From NCBI GenBank assembly GCA_013239625.1, contig MU053810.1:6606122-6670121 (forward strand): a stretch of DNA of 64,000 bases. Reading direction: 5' to 3'. This document shows positions 53,720-64,000 of the stretch, piece by piece (position 1 is the stretch's first letter; every line of letters starts with the position of its first letter). The translations under genes were made by a program, and so were the position numbers. Under the pieces are notes generated by a model, which worked only from the letters and a program-made list of their open reading frames with translations, searched no databases and was not told the DNA's origin. The DNA is from Lama guanicoe (lineage: Eukaryota).

Positions 53720-54210
53720 CTGCGATGTAATCCAGGACAGCCCTGGGGAGGATGCGCGGATCTTCCAGCGATGCAGCCCCCTGGATCCCTTTCCGCTTCT
53801 GCACACTTGGTCTTCTGGGTGCTCTCGCTTCCAACAGCCGGCACCTGCATCTTGTCACCTAAGTGCTGACCCCAAGCCAGAACCGACCGTGGATTTAGGT
53901 TGCCAAAGTCTGACTGGTCTGCACACATGGGAGGCTCTCACCCAATGACTCTGGCTGCAGAAGTGTAAGTACTCCAGGAACCTCAGCCCTGTTTGGGACA
54001 GTTTGACGTGGGGACTGGCCCATCTCTAGAGCTCTCCTGTAGGATGGCACCGAACTTGCTTGATAACTCACCCTTGCTTCCCTGCTGCTCATTCCTGACC
54101 CATTTCCCCACTCACCTACCAGTCTTTCCTGGAAACACATCCTAAAAAATCATTTTTGCATAAATTCTTGTCTCAGAGCCTCTCACTTCTGGGGAGATCA
54201 ACCTCCTAGG
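53720..54210 (+). mobile_element. ERVL solo LTR (LTR33/LTR16-like)
   Basis: 3' end tttcctggaaacacatcctaaaaaatcatttttgcataaattcttgtctcagagcc...cttctggggagatcaacct resembles the LTR33 U5; 5' boundary uncertain. Confidence 0.6.
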
Positions 54211-57200
54211 GTTTTAGCAGGGCGGGGATCCAGGCTATCACAGCTCCATAATCTTAGCCATTCAGACCATTCCATCTCCTCCTCTCTCTCCACCCCTCCA
54301 CCCCACGCTTTGATTCCATGACACCAAAGTACCTTCCAGTTATAATTCATCTTCCCATGTGGCTTTTCTCTAAGCAGAGAAGATGTTTTTCATCTAGCAA
54401 GAACATTTCAAATTCATTTTTGTAGTTTTGTTTCTCACCATCCATTTGGAGTTCTGGTGTCATTAATGCAACTCTGTCCCCCAGACGCAGACCTTCCCTG
54501 GGAAACTGACAACATTGTATTTCAAAACCTGCAACTCAGCCATCTTGGAATCACATCCGGTGACACCTTGAGAAGCCTTGTTTTGGAAGCCACTGGCACC
54601 TTCTCTAACCAGCTACTCTTTAACCAGCTTCAATGCTTTGGTCTCCCTACCCAGCAGAACTGAGAACACGGATTGTAAATGAATGATTCGTTCATCTCCT
54701 TGAGAGTGATCCCTTGTTTTATTCCTCTGAGGGGCAGGCAAATTTTTTGGTTAAAATCTTTAGAGAAAGATCCAGATTTGGGGTCAAATCCCATGATGTG
54801 TGCAGTTTGTAAAATCTCTTACATTCTGTGGGGTTTATCATCTGGATATTAAGGGGGGAAATAAAACTTTATTCTTGTGGATGCATCAAAGGTGTGGAGT
54901 AAAAATACAAACCTAGGTCACTTAGCTCATTTTTATCTTGATCTCTGCCGCAACAGGCAGAATCACAATCTACTCTTTTGCTTCCATGATTTCATATTTA
55001 TTTGTATGTAGGAAGATTTTTTTTCCCAAAAAGCAAAAAGCTTGAACTTTGATTAATGAGTTTAGGGTCTTTAGAATGATTGATTATATTAATAAGTGTT
55101 TGCAGGTAGAGTCACACACTGTGAGCACAAAAGAATCACATTCATATATTTTTCCAAATAAACTTTGTTTCATTAGACTCTTCTCTGAGTGGAGAGCAAC
55201 ACAATTCTCATTTAGTTTTTCTATTTCTGAGCAGAAGTTCCAAATTCATGTGCGCATTTAATCCCCTCAGCTACCTGTGATGCATCTGGTACCGGGCCCG
55301 GGTGCGGCCCTTCCCACTGGGTTATAAACAGTAAAAAGTGGGTCGAGAGAGAAGCACAGAGGGAAGAAGCTCCCCTGATGAGAGATATCTTAACATTTTT
55401 GATGCAGGTTTGAAGTGTGGCCTTGGGGACCTCTGTTTCCGAGTCTCAGTTCATTGCAGGCAGCCCCCTCTGCGGCAGTTCTGAGAGTCACCACTAAGAG
55501 GTGCTGCTGCATCAACTTCTAGTGCAGAGAAACCAAAGTGAAAGTTGGGGGGGGGTGCGAAATAAATGACGATGAGATCATTTCCTCCGTGTGTCTTTCC
55601 ACTTCGGGGAAGGTTTTTCAATTAAAACGCCAGACACAGACAATCATCATTCACAGCCTGCCTCCTTCAAGAGCTCGGTTGGAGGCCAGGGCCACCAGGA
55701 GCAAGGCTCTTTCTGGAGCTGCCTGTGCTGTGGAAAGAGAAGCCAGAAATAGACGGGGGGAAAAATAAGAGAATGGGGACTTAGCAGATGTTCAGAGCCG
55801 TTTTTCTTTATAAATATATCTGTCCACTTCCCACTCTCTTCCGTGTCACTGCAGGCCATTAGCACTCTATTTTCATCCCGGCGAAGGCTCGGGCCGGGCC
55901 CACCCTGCTGCCCCTCCCCGCAGATGATCTGTGAGGGTGACACTCCTGGGCTGAGGGTCTGACATCATGAGTTAATTTTATCCAAGTAAATTGCAATATC
56001 CTAACAGCATGTATCTTGTGCCAAAGAATGGCCCTGAAGCTGACAAAGAGGAGAAATTATCTCAAAGGTAAACTCCCAGATCTCAAAATGCTTCTCCAGG
56101 TATGCTATTTAAAGCCATTGCTGAACGAGTGACAAAAATATACACATCTTGAGTGTGGCCTAGAAAACAATGTAATAGCTTCTCCAGTTTCATAATCACC
56201 CAAAGAAGGCCTGTCAAACATCTAGAGGAGGCAGGTGGCCTCCTGGTTGTGACTACAATTGAGGTCCAGGAAAGGGGTTCCTGCCACCCTGGATGTATCC
56301 AAAGGTACCCTCTCTGCCCTCTTACTCTAATTAAAATTCTCTCCTGTGAACCCCTTTTAGTCATAATTTTTAGTCATAATTTGGGTTAAATTATGATCTG
56401 GGGTTGGAAGTTGAATAATGCCTGAAGCTGTAGAGGATTCTAAGTGTGACCCTTCAGTGGGGAAGGGTCAGTTTGGATTCAGGGAAAGGAAACAGAGCTC
56501 AAGGGCACCCCAAAACAGAGCATCCTGCCGAAGGGCACTCGGCCCTCTGGGCACATGGAGATGGTTGGCGCAGGAGAGAGATGCCTGGAGTCTTGACTGG
56601 GCACTGAAAACACCCCTTGGGCAGCAGAACTGAGTGTGATGTTGGACCATGTCAGATAGCTTTTTTTTTTTTTTTTTTATTGGCTCTGGAGCCAGGCAAC
56701 CCTGATTACCAACGGGGTCTGCTGACGCTGGTGAGCAGCTCTGCTCCGATCCAGGGCTGCCAGCTCCTGAACTCTTAGAATATTGTGCCTGTGTTGATCA
56801 CCCCTCCCAGGCACCCTTGAATTACTGCACCTCCTCTGAACTCAGTGGGTTTTGGTGTCAATCACCCAAAACCGTTCTTCTTCTTTAGCACATCCTGCAG
56901 ATAGCATCTCCCTGGAAGACACCCTCGTCAGTCAGCGTGGCCACAGTGCTGCCTGTTGTACAGTTCAACAAGGCACTAGTTTGGCACATTTCCTGTCTTA
57001 CTGACTCACTCTTATTCTGTCTTTCTTGTTTCCAATAATCCGATGACCCTGTGGTGTTGAGAGGGGCCATTTCAGAATGGCTGGTCTATCAAATCAGGAA
57101 CGCAAGAGAATCTACAGGAAAGAGGCTTTCTTGGTAGCATTCATCAATCAGCCTCTCTACTGCAGATCAATAAAAAACGGCCACATAAAGTCTAATTGGA

Positions 57201-57817
57201 TTGGGCTCCATTTGGAGTCTCTAGAATATGGAAACATGATGTTGTCATTTGCACAGTTGGGCTGATATAAGTGATTGTGGATAAGGAACATGCCCCCCAG
57301 AAGCTAGTTCCTGCTGTCCCTCCTGGGCCAAATACTGGCTATGTAGGAAGCACCCCATGTAGAGTGACAAGAGCTGCTGTGGATGGGAGAGACTGCCAGC
57401 TGGCTGACACGTGGGCAGGACTGAGAGCTGCATCTTCCAAAAGGGAAGGAAAATAAAGAAGGATCCACCTTCTAGTTCTCAACTCCATCTCCTATTCACC
57501 AGAAAGCCAGGTGGTGGGTGCAGATACCCCACGTTGTAGGTCCTGTGGAAGGGCACCTCTGAGCAACCCCAGGCAGGACAAAACCACAAACCCAGAGGGC
57601 TCCGTAGGTCTGCTCTGACAGATTCAAGGGCACTTTTACCCTTCCAGGTTCAAATGTTAGAGAGTTTCTGTGCACTCAGAGAGAAAAATTTAAGTTTATC
57701 AGAAAATAGTACAAAATAGACCCTAAGTACCAAAATCCAATCACATTCATACTGCTTTTTTTCATGCTTATCTTCTTTCCATGAACTAGCAAATATCAGC
57801 AACCATGATCGTCTTGC

Positions 57818-60306
57818 GGGGGAGGTGCCAAGATGGCAGAGTAGAAGGATGCACAGCTCTCCCCCTCCCATGAACATGCCGAGAATTATATCTTCAGGCC
57901 CACCAATTTGCACAGAACTAGAACTGACTGTTGGGGGTCTGTTCTGTACGGAACAGAATAGCCTGGGTCCCCCATAAAAAGGCAACACTGCTGGTGCACA
58001 TTGTGGGGTGCACGTGGTAGGGAGGGGAGCAATGCAGCTGGGCCATAGCCACTGTCTCCTCTAACCCAGAGGGCTTTCCTGGAACCATTGTTGGCGCATT
58101 CTCATAAGAAGAGAAGTGGGGCTCAGCCACAGCCATCACAATCACTAGTGCACGGTTTCCAGGGTGGAGACAGGGCTGAAACCTGAATCCACCCAGGGGC
58201 CCTGTGGCTTCATAGGTGGGACCGAGAATTGACTTTTACTACATGGGTGCCTTTGTGGACTTGTGCCTCTAAGAAGAACAAGCAACAAGCTGAGTTCTGG
58301 CTCATGGCAGGGGATGGATCAGCATTTACAACGGGCCCGTGTACCATATGTGCACATGGGGCTGGGGTCCATGCTGACCCTGCAGTGCACCGGCGATCTG
58401 AGTGTGTGACCGCACACTCACTACCATGGGTTCTGGTGCCTGGTGTCAAATCTGCCCTGCTGGCTCTGTAGATGCAGAGCCTGGGAGACACCAGAGCAGG
58501 TTGCTGATATTCTTGGGGCTAAGGCAGGGACAAGGACAGTGTCAGCAAAGAGTACTTTGTAAGCCCACATAACGAGTGACAGGCAACACCACAGAGGGCA
58601 CTTCCCGGTGAACATCTCCTGTGGAGGGACACTCAGTGGCTCCTCTTCCCAGCTGAAGCACCCCAACACTGTGACCACACACTGTAGCTCAGAAGTGGGT
58701 CTGGAAGCCTCTATTCCAACAGCAGGGGAGCCGACTTGGACCCTGTCAAGGATGTGACAACCACAGAGCAAAAAAGGAGGCCAAACTCAACAACCACCAG
58801 GGCAGGCTCTGATCATAACACCAACCACACCCCTAGTCAAAGGTATAGCAGCCAACACATGGAAGAAAGAGGTGGCAACCATCCACACTGAGAAAAGCTC
58901 TCATGACAACATTGTGAGATGTGCACAGTCCACACAGGAACACTCCCACTTCAAAAAAAATAAAAACAAAACAAGCCCTTCAAGACCACTATAGTTAACT
59001 GTGACTCCTAAATTCATAGAGTCAGGGAAAAATAAGTAAAATGAAGAAGCAGAGGAACCTCTCCCAGTTAGAACAAGAGAAGTCCCCTGAAAAAACAAAC
59101 AATGAAATAGACCTCAACACCCTACCAGATCGTGATTTCAAAAAGGGGGCGATAAAAACACTGAAGGAAATAAGAGAGACTATGGATAGAAATGAAGGAT
59201 ACAATAAAAAAATAGAAACTGTAAAGTGGAGCCAATTAAAAATAGGAAACTCAATGGCGGGGATAAGAGCTGAGCTAAAGGCAGTCAAAAGCAGACTAGA
59301 TGATGCAGAGGAACAAATAATTGACTTAGAAGACAGGATAACAGAAGGCACCCAATCAGAAGATACTTAGAAGACAGAAGTCACCCAATCAGAACCACAA
59401 ACAGAAAAGCAAGTAAAAACCAATGAAAGCAATATAAGGGACCTATGGGATAATATAAAGCATGCCAATCTATGCATAACAGGGGTCCTGGAAGGAGAAG
59501 AAAGAGAAAAGGGGATTGAAAAGGTATTTGAAGAAATCATGACTGAAAACTTCCCAAACCCAAAGAAGGAAACAGATATCCAAGTACAGGAAAGCACAGA
59601 GGGTCCCAAACAGGAAGAACCCAAACAGACCTACACCAAAACATCATCATTAAGATGGTCAAAGTTGAAGATAAAGAAATGATTCTAAAGGCAGAAAGAG
59701 AAAAACAAAGAGTTAGTTACAAGGGAGTCCCCATAAGGCTCTCAGCTGATTTCTCTACACAACACTGCTGGCCAGAAGGGAGTGGCAAGATATATCCAAA
59801 GTCTTGAATGAGATGCAACCTAGGAGACTCTATCTGGCAAGACTATCCTTTAGAGTAGAAGGAGAGAGAAAGAATTTCACAATCAAGCAAAAACTGAAAG
59901 AATTCAGCAATACCAAACCTATCCTAAAAGAAATATTGAAAGGTCTACTCTAAATGGAAAAGAAGCAGGAAGCTATAGAAATGAGAAAACCATCATTGGA
60001 AATGTGATGACTACAATAAGTTGCAAGAGAATAAACATGAAGATGTAAAAAGGACATCAAATCATAAAAGGTGGGAGAGGGGAACAAGAAAATGTAGAGT
60101 TTTTTCCCTTTTTTTCATTCTTTTTAGGATGCTTTGAACCTATAAGACTACTAGTATAAAGCAAACAGATTTAGTAATGGGTTAACATACTTGAAAAACA
60201 AGGTAAGCATAAATCAAAACCATACAATAGAGTCACAAAAAAAAAATAGGGAGAAGAAAAAGAAAAAGAAAAAACCCCCAAGTTAATACAAAAGAAAATT
60301 ATCAAA
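57818..60306 (+). mobile_element. L1 element with 5'UTR, ORF1 and inter-ORF spacer only (no ORF2)
   Basis: Starts gggggaggtgccaagatggcagagtag (L1 5' end with YY1-type caagatggc); ORF1 homology at 59041-59953; flanked by caaccatgatcgtcttgc (57800-57817) and caacgatgatcatcctgc (60307-60324). Confidence 0.88.
59041..59953 (+). pseudogene. Disrupted L1 ORF1p (coiled-coil, RRM, CTD)
   Basis: MKKQRNLSQLEQEKSPEK...AVKSRLDDAEEQIIDLEDR, then RDLWDNIKHANLCITGVLEGEEREKG and VSYKGVPIRLSADFS motifs; stop at 59368-59370 and later frameshifts. Confidence 0.9.
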
Positions 60307-61732
60307 CAACGATGATCATCCTGCTAAACTAATCTGAAAACACTCCTGGGACTCAGCCCCAAGTTGGTTAGTTCCAGAAAGCCTTCCTTTAAACTATAAT
60401 GTGTGGTCACACCTCTTGGTGTGTTCACCACTGTTAAAATATTCTGAGCCTTTGATGGATACAGCACCAGCCTCTCACTCAAGCACCTCCGCGGATTTAT
60501 GAGGCGTGAATGCCAGATGATGGGGATGCTGTTTATAAACTCTTTCTCACTAATACCAACAGTGGGACCAGCTCTATTTTAAACAATAACCTCATTTTGG
60601 GAATGAGGATATAAGCCCCCACAGAGATGATGTTGAAGAAAAAGTACAATTGTTTAATTACACTGTGTGCTCTGTGCTTTGGTATGTCGATTTCATTTCT
60701 CTAATTTAACAAATTTCCGGACTATGGTAGGCATAGATCACTTTTGGAAAGTGGATATGTTCCATTGGAAAGATGTCAAAAGTTAGCATTCAGCCTCTCT
60801 TTACAGAGGTTTCTCAATTAACTGAGTTCATCCCGTGAGATTTTCAGCCCAGGGTTTTAGAAATATGACATTTATAAGGGCAATAAATGCAGAAAAAACA
60901 TTCAAGAATTTAGAGGCTGGCTGTGGAGCCAGGCAACACTGGGCTGGAGCGGGGCCACTCACCAGCATTGGCAGGTCCCATCTGAATTCAGGATTCCTTG
61001 GCCCCGGAGCCAATTTTTGACCATTTCTGGTTTCCAAAAATGGCAATTTCACTCAATTGAACTCAATTTTAAGCTCTGCTGCCCGAGGCTTGTGCCTGTA
61101 ATTATAACCACAAACCAATATTTAATTTTCATGAGCGGGTTACTGTAGTTACTGTAATACTATAGGATACAAGATACGTAACCATTTCTAAGTTCAGGAG
61201 TACAGCACATGTGTTTGAGTTCTAAGTAAATGTCATAAAATACAAATACCAAAGCTTGGATCTCAAGTAGCACATGTGCCCCTGGGGGAGGGTGGGGTCC
61301 CAGCATTGTGAGTACAGGATACTGTCTCTACCGTAAAAAGCCTGAGAAGTTACTCTCTCTGACTCCTCCACCAACACAGTGTTAGACTGAGGGTGTTGTC
61401 GATTTGACAATGAGCTTCTACTAGGTACAAAGCAACAGGTTGACTCTCTGATATAATTAGAGAGAGTTACCTACAGCACAGTAAATGTCTTTTAAAACCA
61501 TTTGGCCTGCAAAAATTCTATTTGACCTGCAGTGAGGCATCACTCACACCCAATACTTATCTGTTGTCTATTTAACTCTTCTGTACCTGACACAGTTTCT
61601 TCTGCTGTGTTATCTCCCAAAGCTAAAAAGAAACTAACTTCTGCCCCCCCAAATATATTCAGATCTTTTATTAAGCAGCGTTATTTAAAAAGCATCATAA
61701 AGATAAACCAGAGGTTGTCACTGGACTCAGGT

Positions 61733-64000
61733 AAAAAAATACCACAACCATGAACATTGTTACAGTTAGAGGCCCTCTTGGTTCTCCACAATGACACCGA
61801 GCATGCTCACAAGAGGTTCCCATTGTTTAGTCTTAAACAACCATCTTTAAAAGAAGAAAAAAAAAAACAAACCTCAGCACACTACCATTAACTTGTTTTA
61901 ATGTTTCTTCACAAATGGTGAAAAATACTAAAGTACAGACAAGGAATAATCATAATGTTGTGGCCAACATTATAAATATGGAATTATAAATTTAAAAATT
62001 TTCTGGTTTAAAAAATAAATCTGGTATTAATGCAGCTCTGTGGGGTCTGCATCTAGTAGGGCCGGTCTCTGCGCTCCTGGCAGTGCTCGCCTTTATCCAT
62101 TTTTCCAGGTCCTCCACGCCCGCCTCTTCTTCCTCCCATTTGTTCCATTAAAGGTCCAGTGGGTCCCCCAGGGCCACCTCGTCTTCCTCCACCGAAGCCA
62201 CCATGGAAGCCACCTGTCTCCACCACGGCCACCTCTGAACATTCCACCAGGACCACCACGGTCCATGAGGCCACCTCTTCTTCCCCGCATGCCACTAGGG
62301 CCACCTCTGCCACGGTCACCACCCGGAGGTGGGAAGGGTGGTGGAAGGACACCTTAAGGCTTTGCCTCACACTGGTTGCACTCTGTTCTCCAGGCAAAGT
62401 TCTGGTTTCCACATCCCTTACTGGGGCACTGCCAGGCTCCAGCTCGGTGCCGGATGTTTCCTCCTCCAGATGGATTCCCTCGAGAACCATGGGGCCCTCT
62501 TGGTGGGAAGCCTCCTCTGTCTCCTCCACGGCCTCCATGTGACCTGTGGGTCCCTCAGGACCACCTGGGCCCCCTGGACCTCCCCGGAGTGGCGGCGGCA
62601 TCATCCCTCTGCCCTCCCAGGGTGGCGTTCCACCTCGCGTGCTGTTCCTTGGAGGCTTCTTTTTGCTCCCTTGAAAATCTTTCCCGTCAAACCACTCCAC
62701 GGCAGCCTTGGCGGTAGGAGGGTCTTCACAGGACACTGTAGCATCACCTTTGGACTTTCCTGTTTCCTTGTCCAAGTAGATGTGGATCATGGGTTGTCCC
62801 CTCCTCTTGTTCATCTTCACAACTCCACACTGCTTAAAGAAGTCTGCCAAGTCATCTAGAGTCACATTGTCATTTAATCCGTGCACATAAATTACACTGT
62901 GGTCATAGTCTTCGTCTGGATCTACAGGTGGGTCTAAATCAAGATCTTGTCCTTCATGCATGGGTCCACCAGGCTTATTGAAGCCACCTTGCTCTCCAGT
63001 GCTGCCCATTCCACTGTGTCCTCCTCCCTGCCCACCTCTGCTCATGCCTCCACAATCAAATGCCCCTCTTCCCCTGCCCCAGTTATCAGGGCCACTCATG
63101 CTCCGGTTCTCTCCTGGTCTGGAAAGTCCTCCAGACTCCTGCCTGTAAGCACTCATGCTACTGGGGTGGTCCTGTCGGAATGAACTTTGCTGCCCATAGC
63201 TGCTGCTCTGTTGACTATATTGACTTGGTGCCTGGCTGTAGGATCCAGTCTGGGGTGGGGGGAACTAGTGGGCAGCTGCTGCCCATAGCTGCTTTGTTGA
63301 CCATAGCTACTCTGCTGTCCATAGCTGCTCAGCTGCCCATAGATGTTCTGCTGGGAGCAACTGCTCTGATCATAACTAGTCGAATGTGTAGAGGAATAGC
63401 TGGTAGGAGGATAGGATGGCAGTGGGCTGACTGGCTGCATGGGGTAGCTCCCAGGCACGTGGGGGTAGCTGTAGTTATTCTGCCCATATCCCAGGCTGGA
63501 CTGGTTGTAACCCCCTGTGCTAGATTGAGGTTGATCAGTCTCAGCAGGTTTGTTACCATCCTGTGGTCTTGTAGGTGCGGTGGCTGCTGGCTGCTGCCCT
63601 TAGGCTGTGTAAGCAGGCGGAGTGCCATGCGCAGACTGAGCTGCATAGGAGGCCTGGGTGGTAGTGACCGTAGCAGTGGTGGTATCATAAGCACCAGTGC
63701 CGTGCCCCTGGACAGGCTGACTTGGGGGCAGTTGGAGTAGGAGGCAGTCCATAAGAAGTTGCATAGGCGGACTGCCCACGGGTCGCGGTGGCCTGAGCCT
63801 GGCTATAGCTAACATCAGTGGGCTGTCCGTAGGTTCCATAACTTTGCTGCCCATATGCCTGGGTGGTCTGTGCATATCCTTGAGTGGGCTGGGCGGTGTA
63901 AGCACCGTAGCCCTGCTGGGCTGCAGCCTGGCTGTAGGTACTATAATCCGTGGATGCCATTTTCTCTCCTTCCTTCTCATTCTCTCAACATCTGTCTCCC
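61733..64000 (-). pseudogene. EWSR1: Processed pseudogene of EWS RNA-binding protein 1 (CDS remnant 63960-62053, plus UTRs; runs off the window end)
   Basis: Intronless MASTDYSTYSQAAAQQGY... SYGQ domain, RRM IYVHGLNDNVTLDDLADFFKQCGVVKMNK...KGDATVS...AKAAVEWFDGKDFQG, RGG boxes, C-terminal RRDRPY*; multiple frameshifts and small deletions; 3'UTR homology follows. Confidence 0.97.

Noticed and set aside
56355..56382. Short 13-bp tandem duplication ttttagtcataat (similar ones near 9053 and 32148)
   Set aside because: Ordinary slippage duplications with no further structure
62040..63740. Plus-strand ORFs of 105-226 aa
   Set aside because: Antisense frames of the GC-rich EWSR1 pseudogene

Overview
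This is mammalian non-genic or intronic DNA, most likely from a camelid (alpaca, llama or camel), judged from three Vic-1-type tRNA-derived SINEs. No intact host protein-coding gene is recognisable, and nearly all ORFs in the supplied track are chance or repeat-derived. The window is dominated by L1, L2, MIR, MLT1/ERV solo LTRs, a Tigger2-type MITE and microsatellites. It holds two minus-strand retrocopies: RPL35 (13945-14603) and EWSR1 (~61733 to beyond the window end). The RPL35 copy looks semi-processed: it keeps a 372-bp CpG-rich GT-AG intron directly after the ATG, yet has a poly(A) tail and a TSD. An L1 at 57818-60306 carries only 5'UTR, ORF1 and spacer between an 18-bp TSD, with no ORF2. 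An L1 at 33146-33852 has a 5' inversion with an extra L1 tail fragment at the junction. A 367-aa EWSR1-derived ORF keeps the RRM and PY-NLS but lacks the activation domain. There are also candidate minus-strand exons and a perfect palindromic RFX X-box. I found no convincing new biological system. Repeat subfamily names and parent-gene comparisons come from remembered consensus sequences, and repeat boundaries are approximate.
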